DNA from: Candidatus Aenigmatarchaeota archaeon | GTDB taxonomy: Archaea; Aenigmatarchaeota; Aenigmatarchaeia; QMZP01; QMZT01 | Length of the DNA stretch: 64,000 bases | NCBI GenBank assembly: GCA_016932215.1 | Contig: JAFGDH010000019.1 | Location: forward strand, 1,817-65,816 | Direction of reading: 5' to 3' | Shown: positions 19,211-29,025 of the stretch, in pieces | Layout of the letters: every line of letters starts with the position of its first letter | Numbering within the stretch: position 1 is the first letter of the stretch | Translations under genes and position numbers: made by a program | The notes under the pieces: generated by a model | Seen by the model: only the letters and a program-made list of their open reading frames with translations | Database searches by the model: none | What the model was told of the DNA's origin: nothing

Positions 19211-19603
19211 ATGATGAGTGACGGACAATGCCCCGGGAGCTATTTCATCGGACAGGGTCCGGTTTTTGATGAAGCCATGTACAGAAACGGCCTTAAATCC
19301 AAACTGGGTCATAATCCATTTTCCTTAGGAACAATCCAGCTTTTAGACTATTCTTTCGGGTGCTGCGCTGAGACAGAAACCCAGCTCATGGATGTTCTTA
19401 CGGGAAGAATGGCAGGCGTTCGTAAACTACTCGATCAGGAAACCCTGAGATTAGAAAACGACCAGTCCATCCAGGATTATAGCGAAAAGAAGAGACTCAG
19501 CAGAGAACTCCAGACGCTCAACGAGGCCGCGATGAATTTGAACATCGCCGGTTTCGATGGTTTTCTCGATTATGCCCAGAGAAACGGGCTTTTGACTGTA
19601 TGA
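19211..19603 (+). CDS. hypothetical protein (130 aa)
   Basis: ORF only. Confidence 0.5.
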   Translation: MMSDGQCPGSYFIGQGPVFDEAMYRNGLKSKLGHNPFSLGTIQLLDYSFGCCAETETQLMDVLTGRMAGVRKLLDQETLRLENDQSIQDYSEKKRLSRELQTLNEAAMNLNIAGFDGFLDYAQRNGLLTV

Positions 19604-19607
19604 TACC

Positions 19608-19979
19608 ATGCCAGGAAAATACCCTTCGTCCGGGACAAAGGACTACTTTTCAGGAGGCATGACAACGATTCACCCGTCTTTCGAGTTAATAATGGAAAAC
19701 CCGTTCGAACCGAAACTATACATTGAGGCCAGGCAAAAAACAGTCGGCCTGAGCAGGGATACCATAGCCGCGCACGCGAGGAAATCGATATCGAACTTCA
19801 TTGATTTCTGGGGGACCGAGATAGAATTATCGAGTAAAGGACAAAGCTTGCTGACGGAAGATGATATACAGAGAGTAATTAAAAGATATGATGAGGCAGT
19901 CAGGCTTCAGGGCATATTAATCACGCAGGGATACGGTCCTTTCCTGAAAGAGCTCCAGGAAAGCGAGCTCTCCGGATGA
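19608..19979 (+). CDS. hypothetical protein (123 aa)
   Basis: ORF starting 4 nt after the previous stop. Confidence 0.5.
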   Translation: MPGKYPSSGTKDYFSGGMTTIHPSFELIMENPFEPKLYIEARQKTVGLSRDTIAAHARKSISNFIDFWGTEIELSSKGQSLLTEDDIQRVIKRYDEAVRLQGILITQGYGPFLKELQESELSG

Positions 19980-20008
19980 ATTTTTAATTCTTCTTTTCAA
20001 CTATTCTG

Positions 20009-21265
20009 ATGGAGGAATCCGGATTTTCTGATTTTACCATGGAGCTCGGCGAGTTCGAGGTCAAAAAAACAGGGAAGTTCGACCGGGTCTGGGAAATGAA
20101 ATACGGCGGGAGCTTCAGTTCCTCCCCGGTCATCTGTGACGGCATAATTTACGTCGGGAACCACGACAGCCACCTTTATGCCATAAAGACATCCGGCGAG
20201 CTTCTCTGGAAGACCAGGCTGAGCGGGAGGACCACGCTCTCAGAGCCCGTTATAGACGGGAAAAACATATTTATAGGGGACTGCGAGGGGAACCTTTACG
20301 TGATTGAAAAGGGAAGCGGTAAGGTCCTTAGAGAATACAAGGCGGGCGGTGCGATATTTTCTACCCCGTGCCTTTTCGAGAACCTGATAATTTTCGGATG
20401 CAAAGACGGTTTCGTTTATGCCATAGACAGAGGAAGTCTGTCCGAGGTCTGGAGGTTCGGGACGGGCGCGGAGATACTTTCCTCACCCACTCTTTACGGC
20501 GAAAGGATATACATAGGCTCGTTCGACGGCAATCTTTACTGCCTTGACCCGAAAACAGGGAACGAGCTTTGGAGGTTCCGCACGGGCGGGGAGGTTTTCG
20601 CGGCGTTCCCTTTCACGATCGAGGACGGCGTGATCTATTTCGGAAGCTTTGACAACTATCTTTATGCGCTGGATCTGGAAACGCGGAAGGTGGTATGGAA
20701 GTTCAGGACCGGGAAATACGGTAACGCCGGCGTCCCGGCCGTCCGCGATGGCGTGGTTTACCACGGGTGCAGGGACGGGATATTTTATGCCATAGACCAG
20801 AAAACGGGCCGGGAGATATGGAGGTTCCGGATAAGCGGCGAGGAGATCCTTACCATCAGGCCGGTAATAAACCAGGGCAGGATATACGTCGGGGCGGGTG
20901 ACGGGAACCTTTACGTGCTGGACATGGACGGAAAAGAGCTGTGGAGGTTCAAGACCGGGGACAGGATATACGAGTGCTTCGCTCTGCACGGAGATACCAT
21001 ATACCTGGGTTCGTACGACTGCAACATGTACGCAGTCGACATCAATACTCACGATACGAAGTGGATATTCCCGTCGAGCGTAAAAACCCCGACGCAGATC
21101 AAGCCGGCCTACCACTGTTGGGAGGTGGAGGTAAAGACCCCGACGAGAGAAGATGCGAAGGAAAACGAAGAGGAAAAATACAGCATCAACATGATGGATA
21201 CCGAGACAACAAGGGACGAATACTCCGTCAAGAGCGAATACGTCATAAAAAGCGAGTACGCCTGA
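20009..21265 (+). CDS. PQQ-like beta-propeller repeat protein
   Basis: About 8 repeats of G.(I/V)Y.GS.DG.LYA.D..TG...W.F.T. Confidence 0.85.
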   Translation: MEESGFSDFTMELGEFEVKKTGKFDRVWEMKYGGSFSSSPVICDGIIYVGNHDSHLYAIKTSGELLWKTRLSGRTTLSEPVIDGKNIFIGDCEGNLYVIEKGSGKVLREYKAGGAIFSTPCLFENLIIFGCKDGFVYAIDRGSLSEVWRFGTGAEILSSPTLYGERIYIGSFDGNLYCLDPKTGNELWRFRTGGEVFAAFPFTIEDGVIYFGSFDNYLYALDLETRKVVWKFRTGKYGNAGVPAVRDGVVYHGCRDGIFYAIDQKTGREIWRFRISGEEILTIRPVINQGRIYVGAGDGNLYVLDMDGKELWRFKTGDRIYECFALHGDTIYLGSYDCNMYAVDINTHDTKWIFPSSVKTPTQIKPAYHCWEVEVKTPTREDAKENEEEKYSINMMDTETTRDEYSVKSEYVIKSEYA

Positions 21266-21266
21266 A

Positions 21267-21641
21267 CTATTCCAGCATTTCTTTCGGGACGAAAACGTGC
21301 ATGCCTGTGTATTCCCCGGCAACTGTTTTCGGCTTCAGCTCACCCTGCATGGTTCCGCTGTTGCCGTCGAACAATGTGAATGATGCTTCTGAATTGACGC
21401 CGTTGGTGGACGGGTCCTGGAGCCATACGTAATGCTTAAAGCGGGGGACGTCACCGATGTTCATTATGTCTATACCCCTTCCCCTTATGTCATCCAGCTC
21501 AACTGGTTCTGAAAGCTCGGAAAAATAGCGAAACAGCTTGTTTCTCGCGTAAACTTCCCTGTCATCGTAATCCCTGCCTGTTTGCCGAACTCTACTCTCA
21601 CTGCTAACGGGGTATGTTCCGATCATAAAAACACCTGCCAT
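21267..21641 (-). CDS. hypothetical protein (124 aa)
   Basis: ORF only. Confidence 0.5.
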   Translation of the reverse strand: MAGVFMIGTYPVSSESRVRQTGRDYDDREVYARNKLFRYFSELSEPVELDDIRGRGIDIMNIGDVPRFKHYVWLQDPSTNGVNSEASFTLFDGNSGTMQGELKPKTVAGEYTGMHVFVPKEMLE

Positions 21642-21736
21642 TATATCAAAAAAAATTTATTTATATTAAATTCAGAAATAATTTGTCAAAACGTAAAAAT
21701 ATTTATTAAATGTTTACCTTTTTGAAAAAAATAAAA

Positions 21737-22075
21737 TTATTTATGATTGTCAATATTAGAAATTTTTTCAGAATATTTGCTGAACAACGAGTTCACCTTC
21801 TCAAGTTCCCTGGCCCCGCTTTCCGTTATGGAATAGTATCCCCTCTCGGGCCCCCTGTCCTTGGAGACCCCCTCCTTCCGGACGAATCCGCCCACATCCA
21901 GCTTCTTGAGAACGATGTATGCGGTCACGTTCCCGGGGGAGAACCCGAATTCCTTCCTTATCTCCTTCCTGAGCTCGTAGGGGTACATCTTCCTTTTCCT
22001 GAGAAGGGAGAGGATGTATATCCAGAGATTGTCGCTGGTCATGCTCTTCTCAAACCTTTCGGAGGGCGAACGCAT
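21737..22075 (-). CDS. PadR family transcriptional regulator
   Basis: LWIYILSLLRKRKMYPYELRKEI...GNVTAYIVLKKLDVGGFV...YYSITESG is the PadR wHTH signature. Confidence 0.85.
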   Translation of the reverse strand: MRSPSERFEKSMTSDNLWIYILSLLRKRKMYPYELRKEIRKEFGFSPGNVTAYIVLKKLDVGGFVRKEGVSKDRGPERGYYSITESGARELEKVNSLFSKYSEKISNIDNHK

Positions 22076-22107
22076 GATTTACTATTGGAAGGATCCAATA
22101 TATTATT

Positions 22108-22647
22108 ATGGACATCCCTTCCATGGTCAAACTTTTGTTAACTGATCCCAAGGCCGCGTTTGCAGGAGAAAAGAAGACTGAGCTGCCAGTGATCGTGAAA
22201 TACTTCGCCGTCCTGAGCGTTTTCTATGCCGTGATGACCAGCGTGTGGAACCTGCTTTTCCCCGGGATTGCGTTCTTTTTCATTTCACTCGTCAGCAATT
22301 ACGTGATATTCTTCGTCGTAACTTCCATAGAAGGTCTCATAATTCATTTCTTCGCCTACGTGTTCGGGGCGAAAGGGGGGTTGAAAGTGACGCTGAAGGT
22401 CGTGTTTTACTCCATGACCCCGGTCATACTGCTTGGGTGGCTGCCATGGATAGGGGCGCTGTTCAGCATATGGGCGATCATGCTCCAGATCATCGGTCTG
22501 AAATCCCTTCATGAGATGAGCACGGAGAAAGCCACGCTAGCCGTGATCATCCCCATGGCGATCATGTTCGTGTTCTATTCCATGTTCTTGTTTATGTCGA
22601 TGTTCTGGTTTTTGATGAATCCGCAGATAATGACGGGAATGGTGTGA
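22108..22647 (+). CDS. Yip1-domain membrane protein
   Basis: 179 aa with 5 TM helices in a Yip1-like layout. Divergent from padR. Confidence 0.7.
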   Translation: MDIPSMVKLLLTDPKAAFAGEKKTELPVIVKYFAVLSVFYAVMTSVWNLLFPGIAFFFISLVSNYVIFFVVTSIEGLIIHFFAYVFGAKGGLKVTLKVVFYSMTPVILLGWLPWIGALFSIWAIMLQIIGLKSLHEMSTEKATLAVIIPMAIMFVFYSMFLFMSMFWFLMNPQIMTGMV

Positions 22648-22769
22648 TTTCCTGCTATTTCACGCCGTAAATTATATATACTAACTATTTCATACTATAA
22701 AATAGATAAGTTCATTGGCAACTCGGAACAACATACATGGTTGTCTTTCGCTGTTAGGGGGTTGAGTTT

Positions 22770-24086
22770 ATGAGTAATGATGCTATCGAGATAAGGCCGG
22801 CTGAAGGGAAATTGGGGATACTGCTACCGGGAATGGGAGCAGTCAGCACCACGTTTATGGCAGGGGTCGAGATGATAAGGAAGGGGTTGTCGCCTCCGTT
22901 CGGTTCGCTCACCCAGATGCAAACCATACGATTGGGCAGGAGGGACGAGAACAGGACGCCGATGATCAGGGATTTCGTTCCCCTCGCCGACCTTAACGAC
23001 ATCGTTTTCGGGGCATGGGACATATTCCCGGAGAACGCGTACGAGGCCGCAAAAAAAGCAGGCGTGCTTTCAGAGAAGCATCTGGAAGGGGTGAAGGAAT
23101 TCCTGGAGAAGATCAAGCCCATGCCCGCGGTCTTCGATCATAATTTCGTCAAGAACATAAGCGGCTCGAACATAAAGAGAGCCCATACCAAATCCGAACT
23201 GGCCGAGCAGATCAGGGAGGACATCCGGAGGTTCAAAGAGGAGAACGGGTGTTCCCGCCTGGTGGTCGTCTGGTGCGCCTCCACCGAGGTATACGTGGAG
23301 AGTTCGCCTGTTTACGAATCCATCGAAGCGTTTGAAAAAGGAATGAAGGAGAATCACCCTGACATATCCCCGTCCATGATGTACGCCTACGCGGCCATAA
23401 TGGAGAAAGTCCCTTTCGCGCACGGGTCGCCGCAGATGGCGGTCGACATCCCCGCCATGGTGGAGCTGGCCAGACGGGAGAACGTTCCCATCAGCGGGAA
23501 GGACTTCAAGACCGGCCAGACACTCATGAAGACCATACTCGCACCAGGGATAAAGGCGAGGATGCTGGGGGTGAGGGGATGGTTCTCTACCAACATACTC
23601 GGCAACAGGGACGGACTCGTGCTGGACGATCCTGGTTCCTTCAGGAGCAAAGAGATCAGCAAGAAATCCGTCCTTGAGTACATACTCCAGCCGGACAAAT
23701 ACCCCGATCTCTACAAGGACATGTACCACAAGGTCAGGATCAACTACTACCCTCCCAAGGGGGACGACAAGGAGGGATGGGACCACCTGGACATATTCGG
23801 GTGGCTGGGGTACCAGATGCAGATCAAGATCGATTTCCTCTGCAAGGATTCGATTCTCGCCGCGCCGGTCGTTCTGGACCTCGCGCTGTTCATGGATCTT
23901 GCCCAGAGGGCCGGGATGAAGGGTATACAGGAATGGCTGTCCTTCTACTTCAAGAGCCCCATCCACGCGCCTTCCGTCTACCCGGAGCACGACCTCTTCA
24001 TCCAGCTGATGAAGCTCAAGAACACGCTCAGGTGGATGATGGGAGAAGACCTGATCACGCACCTGGGACTGGAGTATTACGACTAA
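22770..24086 (+). CDS. myo-inositol-1-phosphate synthase
   Basis: 438 aa. N-terminal Rossmann (GILLPGMGAVSTT), SPSMMYAYAA and GKDFKTGQT(L)MK blocks. SD GGGGGT upstream. Confidence 0.9.
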   Translation: MSNDAIEIRPAEGKLGILLPGMGAVSTTFMAGVEMIRKGLSPPFGSLTQMQTIRLGRRDENRTPMIRDFVPLADLNDIVFGAWDIFPENAYEAAKKAGVLSEKHLEGVKEFLEKIKPMPAVFDHNFVKNISGSNIKRAHTKSELAEQIREDIRRFKEENGCSRLVVVWCASTEVYVESSPVYESIEAFEKGMKENHPDISPSMMYAYAAIMEKVPFAHGSPQMAVDIPAMVELARRENVPISGKDFKTGQTLMKTILAPGIKARMLGVRGWFSTNILGNRDGLVLDDPGSFRSKEISKKSVLEYILQPDKYPDLYKDMYHKVRINYYPPKGDDKEGWDHLDIFGWLGYQMQIKIDFLCKDSILAAPVVLDLALFMDLAQRAGMKGIQEWLSFYFKSPIHAPSVYPEHDLFIQLMKLKNTLRWMMGEDLITHLGLEYYD

Positions 24087-24597
24087 AGGCAGTCGAGAAT
24101 CCTCGAGGAACCGCATCCGTTGTACCTGAAGCATTTCCCGCTTAAGAGATTTCCCTTCAAGTTATTTTATGCACATTTTTCCCAGCTTCGGAAACATTGA
24201 AGTGATCTACGTTCCGGATTTAAAGGAAAGCATCTTTATTTCTGCCCCGGAAAGGGATACGGGATACTCGTTACCGATGACATAGACGATAGTCCAGAGA
24301 GGTTCGATCCGGAGGGATTTTTTGACCCGCTCTCGCTCCCCGGAGCGGTCAGCGGTCTTGCAAGCGGATACAAGTTCGACGAATTCCTGGGCTCTGTCCG
24401 CACCTTCGGGAACAGGTACAGGAGAGAGATCGATTCCAGCCTGGGGGTAAGGCGGAACATGGGAAATCAGACCACCGGAGAAAACACCGGAATGAAATAC
24501 GGACGTAATAACAGGCAAAGAAAAAAACGTCTGATGAGATGATATCCCTCTCCAGAAATAACAGCAGAATCCGCTTAAAAGATTTACTCTCATTAAT

Positions 24598-25260
24598 TTG
24601 GATATTATGACCCAGGACAGGTGCTTCAGGAAGACGTACGGGAACGTTTCGGCGATGGAAATCGACGGGAACTACCACCTTAATTTTAGCGACAGGAACC
24701 CCATCGCACTGCCTTCGGAATTCGTCAACCCGGCTTTGCTCAGGGGCGCTTCGAAAAATCTCATCGTCCACTGGAACGGTGACGATTCGCCGGAAAGCCT
24801 CGTGGCGGTTTATCTCAACGACGAAAAGCTCACGAGGATATATCCTTTCGAAAAGGATCAGAGGACTGAAACATTTAACGTATTCTCCGCCAGCGGCCTG
24901 TCCAAGAAGGAGAGGGGGGACCCGGCGCCCGAGATAGCCGGTGTGATCCCTGTGGTGAACCAGGTGGTCCCCGCCACTGCGGCCAATATCGCTCTTTACA
25001 TGGACCAGGGAAACGGGCTGATTCACAACGTCTTTTCCGACGGCAGCATTGCTTTGGGCATGGTTGTGGGCGTGCAGGCGTCTTCGAAGGAGATGCCTTT
25101 CTGGAAGAACGGCCTGATCGAAATAGAGGACGGCTACGGGCTGAGATTCGACAAAAGGTTCTTCTTCACGCCGGGGGATCCCCGTTACGCCACGATTTTC
25201 ATGGCCGATGACCTGTCCCAGATAAGGAACAGGTCGGGCAAGCTGGTGCCCCTCGAGTGA
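24598..25260 (+). CDS. hypothetical protein (about 217 aa)
   Basis: ORF with a likely ATG at 24607 and a TATA-like TTAAAAGATTT about 30 nt upstream. Confidence 0.55.
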   Translation: MDIMTQDRCFRKTYGNVSAMEIDGNYHLNFSDRNPIALPSEFVNPALLRGASKNLIVHWNGDDSPESLVAVYLNDEKLTRIYPFEKDQRTETFNVFSASGLSKKERGDPAPEIAGVIPVVNQVVPATAANIALYMDQGNGLIHNVFSDGSIALGMVVGVQASSKEMPFWKNGLIEIEDGYGLRFDKRFFFTPGDPRYATIFMADDLSQIRNRSGKLVPLE

Positions 25261-25310
25261 GATTTCTGAGCACAATAGCACGATATAAATTTTACTGTTA
25301 ATTCTAGATA

Positions 25311-25802
25311 TTGGTTGGTGTTCACATGCCGAGAATTTTCATTGCGCATAAAGACGGTGAAGTAGGCTGGTACGCGACCAATTTTCGTCCTCCCAGAGAT
25401 GATGTCGTTTTCAGGACATATGATGTTCCTGAAAAAAAATACGGAAAAACCCTCGCAATCGCCGGGAGGTTTGCTTCTACTCTTAACAATGATAAAGAAT
25501 TGAACGTAAATGAAACGATTTCCCCTTCTTTGTCTGAACTGGCTTTCACGACCAGATTCAGGGAGAAGTACCTGGATTTGATGAATTCAATGAAAGAACC
25601 CCTGCCGGATCATAATTATGTTTCTTTGTGGACCGATGCAATCAGGATCAGGCATGCTTTATGGCCGTTCAACAATTACGCGGTCGAAGTTGCGGGGAGA
25701 GGTGACTTTCCTGTGGAGTGCTGCCAGTCGAGCGACGGGGACTCCATCCCCGGAGAGGAATTTTTTAATGGTCGGGTCGTCGTCAAAAGGAAGTTCTTTT
25801 GA
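25311..25802 (+). CDS. hypothetical protein
   Basis: ORF with an alternative ATG at 25326 (MPRIFIAHKDG..). Confidence 0.5.
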   Translation: MVGVHMPRIFIAHKDGEVGWYATNFRPPRDDVVFRTYDVPEKKYGKTLAIAGRFASTLNNDKELNVNETISPSLSELAFTTRFREKYLDLMNSMKEPLPDHNYVSLWTDAIRIRHALWPFNNYAVEVAGRGDFPVECCQSSDGDSIPGEEFFNGRVVVKRKFF

Positions 25803-25838
25803 ACTCAATAATTTTAATAGGGAGAACAATTCTTTATA

Positions 25839-27014
25839 ATGAGAAGGGAAACCATCATTTTATCTTTGTTTATTCTCGTCATCCTTTCAAGCGGCTGCGT
25901 CACCGAGACCCCCAGGAACGAGTCCTCTGTTCCCAGGATACAGGAGATGGGGATACTGGAGGAAAGCATACCGGAGAGGTACGACATAATCTTTTCTTCG
26001 GTAAGGCACGTACTGGACAAGGAAGAGTGCCTGCAGATGAACGGGAAACTGAAGGACAACTTCCTCCTTGACGCTTCCTGCAACCGTGCCATATACCAGT
26101 CCGGCGATCTCAGGGCAAGGAGGCAGCTTTACCTGATGGACATGGAAACCTCCGAAACAAAAAGAATCCTGGAAACCCAGTGCTTCCATCTGAGCGGCCA
26201 GGTTATAGACCCGCTGACCATAATGACGCCGGCTGCCTGCTCGGATACGGACAACGATCTCCTGATCAACGACAAGGATTTCGTTCATATTTACACGTAC
26301 AACGTGAGCTCGAAGACGATGGAATGCCTGACATGTGAAAAGGGAATGGAGGCGATAAACAACCCCGACTGGTCCCCTGCGCAGGGGAAGATCCTTTTCT
26401 CCGCGAGGAACGGCAGCTTCCCTAACAACAACCACCTCTTCACGATAGACCTGGAAAAGAACCTGGCCAGGATCACTAACGACCCGGAATACATGGACTT
26501 CGATTGCTCCTGGTCGGAGGACGGGACGAAGATCGTTTTCTCGAGGATGCCCGTCCCGGCGTTCGAGAAGCCTTCGGGGATATGGATAATGGATTCTGAC
26601 GGGACGAACCTCAGGCAGCTGACGAAGGGAGGGAATAATCCCGATAACGAGGAGAATTTCGGGCCCTTCCCGGTAGGGATAGACGTCGACCCTGACATCT
26701 CCCCGGACAACGGCAGGATCGTGTTCTCCCGGCTCATCACGGGTAAGAGGAACATCCCCTTCGGCGTGTGGCAGCTGGTCGTGATCAGCCTGGCTACCGG
26801 GACGGAAACGGTGTACGACTCCGAATACGCGAACATGGTGCCGGAATGGAAGGAGAATGGAATACTGTTCATCCGCCAGTCCTCCGGAGCGAAACCGATG
26901 GACATAAAGCAGTCCCTCTACTATTTCGACCCGTCCAGCGTGGAGTTCAGGGAGCTGGAGACCTACCCTTACAGCGTTTTCCCTGTAGGAGCAGCGGGAG
27001 CGAGCTGGGTTTAG
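25839..27014 (+). CDS. TolB-like (PD40 / WD40-like beta-propeller) lipoprotein
   Basis: Lipobox LSSGC. Repeated PD40 motifs: PDWSPAQGKILFS, CSWSEDGTKIVFSR, GIWIMDSDGTNLRQLT, PDISPDNGRIVFSR. Confidence 0.8.
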   Translation: MRRETIILSLFILVILSSGCVTETPRNESSVPRIQEMGILEESIPERYDIIFSSVRHVLDKEECLQMNGKLKDNFLLDASCNRAIYQSGDLRARRQLYLMDMETSETKRILETQCFHLSGQVIDPLTIMTPAACSDTDNDLLINDKDFVHIYTYNVSSKTMECLTCEKGMEAINNPDWSPAQGKILFSARNGSFPNNNHLFTIDLEKNLARITNDPEYMDFDCSWSEDGTKIVFSRMPVPAFEKPSGIWIMDSDGTNLRQLTKGGNNPDNEENFGPFPVGIDVDPDISPDNGRIVFSRLITGKRNIPFGVWQLVVISLATGTETVYDSEYANMVPEWKENGILFIRQSSGAKPMDIKQSLYYFDPSSVEFRELETYPYSVFPVGAAGASWV

Positions 27015-27029
27015 TTCTTTCCTCAGAAA

Positions 27030-27593
27030 TCACATAACAGATATCATGCCCCGGAGCATTCCCTGCAGAACGAGATACGCCACGAGGAACGTGGCGACGG
27101 GTATTACGTAATACAGCAGCTTCTTCCATTCCTTACCCCGGATGTACCCGAAGAAGAAGAATACCGAAAAGGAAAGGTAAGCCACGAAAAAGAGAAGAAC
27201 GGGATCCCCGACCTTCGGTATGCTGATCATCATAGCCTGCATGTACTGGGGGACTGCGACCGCTTCCATCTCCGCCCTGATCATGTTCTGGAATGCGATT
27301 ATCATCGAGTTTACGGCCATTATGAGGGATATGAAGAAACCCGCTATAAGGGAGAGAAGAAGGTTGTGCTCTTTCAGCACCCCCTTCCTTACCATAAGGA
27401 GCCATGCAACGAAACCGGAAACCAAGGAAAGAGCGAAGAAATACGCGTAAGAGAATATCTCGCCGTAACCCGCCGGCGAACAGAAAAGGAGCACGAGCGG
27501 CGAGACCATAAGGATCGAGATGTAAAATATTACGGTTATCACCCCGAACACGCTGGCGGCCATCTCCCCCGGACCCGCTTCCTTTTTCGCCAT
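27030..27593 (-). CDS. integral membrane protein
   Basis: 187 aa with about 6 TM helices. Confidence 0.65.
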   Translation of the reverse strand: MAKKEAGPGEMAASVFGVITVIFYISILMVSPLVLLFCSPAGYGEIFSYAYFFALSLVSGFVAWLLMVRKGVLKEHNLLLSLIAGFFISLIMAVNSMIIAFQNMIRAEMEAVAVPQYMQAMMISIPKVGDPVLLFFVAYLSFSVFFFFGYIRGKEWKKLLYYVIPVATFLVAYLVLQGMLRGMISVM

Positions 27594-27617
27594 GAATAAT
27601 ATTGGGCTTCCCTGCTT

Positions 27618-28205
27618 TTAAGACTGCTCAACCGGGACTATGTTCCCGTAGAATGCGTTCACGACCAAACCCCTTTTTCCGCTCATGCTTTCAAGCTGCG
27701 TGCCCATCAGATTAAATTCGGTGTCTATAATACCGTTCCCGATCAGCGGAAGACCATCGGATTCTTCCGGCGCCCTGTGAACGAAAAAGAAGGGATCCGG
27801 TCTCTTTATTTCATCGTAGGCGATGTTCCCTATGTCTGTTATTTTAGGGTTTTCCACAACCAGCGAACTGCCTTCCGGTATTCTTTCAGTGATTTCCCTA
27901 AGGGGCTTCAGATTCCAGAGTAGATAATTCTCGTCTCCCATCCCCCTGAGGTAGAACGATTCTTCAATGTCTTCAGAAAACTGGCGGCTGGGTGAATTTC
28001 TGTTGTTTATGTATTCCCTGTAAATCGTTCCGATATCTCTCAGTGCCTTTCTGGCACTTTCCGGGTCTTCGTCGAACATGAACATCAGGACATGGTTAAG
28101 GTTCGCCCTGTACAATGGGCTCATGTAGGGTATCTGGTTCGCTTCCCTTGCCAGAGCTCTCCTGTTCCTTGCGCCCTCGTTGAAATACGGGAGTTTAATT
28201 TTCAT
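27618..28205 (-). CDS. hypothetical protein (195 aa)
   Basis: ORF only. Confidence 0.55.
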   Translation of the reverse strand: MKIKLPYFNEGARNRRALAREANQIPYMSPLYRANLNHVLMFMFDEDPESARKALRDIGTIYREYINNRNSPSRQFSEDIEESFYLRGMGDENYLLWNLKPLREITERIPEGSSLVVENPKITDIGNIAYDEIKRPDPFFFVHRAPEESDGLPLIGNGIIDTEFNLMGTQLESMSGKRGLVVNAFYGNIVPVEQS

Positions 28206-28342
28206 AGTAAAAAGAAGGTGAGTAAATCTTTTAAGTACTGACCGGCCTTGCCACGGTGCCTTTCATCATCCCTTCCTGTTTCGGCGGATGGCCACTGCCG
28301 ATATTCCGGATTCGGCAGCGTCGCGCGAGAAAAGACCCCCAA

Positions 28343-28684
28343 TCATATCATGTACCATCCGGTTTCAACATGGCGTTCCTTCAGCTTTTCCGACTCCATG
28401 AGCCTTTCCGTTATCTTCCTGTTGAACTTTCCCCTGAAAAAATCCTTGACAGCCTTGCCGGACCCCGCGTCAAGGGTTTCCATCATGTCGTGGAAATATG
28501 ATCCCCCGTAACTGAAGAAGGGTATGCTGAAAAAAGGATCTCCGTTCTCGATTGCATTAACGTACGAATCGATTATCATGCTCTTCTGCCGGTTGTAGGA
28601 ATTTATGTTGAACATCGTCCATGTGGCTGCGGAAAATACGGCCGGAATGCCCACGTACAGCAAGGCCTTCTGGTATCCCTTCAT
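28343..28684 (-). CDS. hypothetical protein with N-terminal anchor
   Basis: 113 aa with an N-terminal hydrophobic helix (ALLYVGIPAVFSAATW). Confidence 0.5.
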   Translation of the reverse strand: MKGYQKALLYVGIPAVFSAATWTMFNINSYNRQKSMIIDSYVNAIENGDPFFSIPFFSYGGSYFHDMMETLDAGSGKAVKDFFRGKFNRKITERLMESEKLKERHVETGWYMI

Positions 28685-28757
28685 AATCTTTTACTTTGGG
28701 GGTAAATCTTTTATTGAAATACTCCGGAAAAAACTGTAAGCGCCCGGAAGTGTAAAA

Positions 28758-28937
28758 TTATCTCTTTCTTGTGTATTCCGTATCTACCTTTGTTTTGTAC
28801 AGCTTCAGTGCCTGCCTGACCTCGCTGTCCAGTCCTGAGAATAGCCTTATGTACTGGTTTTCCCCGAGATCGTTTTTAATGTCATTCAAAATGGTGTCAA
28901 TAGCACCAAATTTCCCCAATATCTTCAGCTTTCCCAT
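28758..28937 (-). CDS. small hypothetical protein (59 aa), missed by ORF track
   Basis: The rc reads MGKLKILGKFGAIDTILNDIKNDLGENQYIRLFSGLDSEVRQALKLYKTKVDTEYTRKR*. It is more protein-like than the antisense track ORF 28771..28992. Confidence 0.45.
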   Translation of the reverse strand: MGKLKILGKFGAIDTILNDIKNDLGENQYIRLFSGLDSEVRQALKLYKTKVDTEYTRKR

Positions 28938-29025
28938 AACCTTACTTCGAATGAAAGAATTTAAACCGTTCCTTATCCATGATATTCTGTAAATGTTATA
29001 AAGAAAAAGTCTCTATTTTTATTCT

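Noticed and set aside
20483-24134. Long antisense ORFs: 20483..21322(-), 21710..22141(+), 23070..24134(-). Similar ones occur elsewhere: 24349..25281(-), 32388..33160(-), 34036..34659(-), 34965..35534(-), 42753..43343(-), 48436..49032(-), 50886..51413(+), 53211..53822(+), 56650..57480(+).
   Set aside because: Each lies opposite a gene with strong family motifs (PQQ, PadR, MIPS, ArsM, PHP, surface proteins) and is Arg/Pro/Gly-rich. These are shadow ORFs of GC-rich codon third positions.
28771-28992. 73-aa plus-strand track ORF
   Set aside because: It is Ser/Phe/Leu-rich and lies antisense to a more protein-like 59-aa minus-strand ORF (28758..28937).
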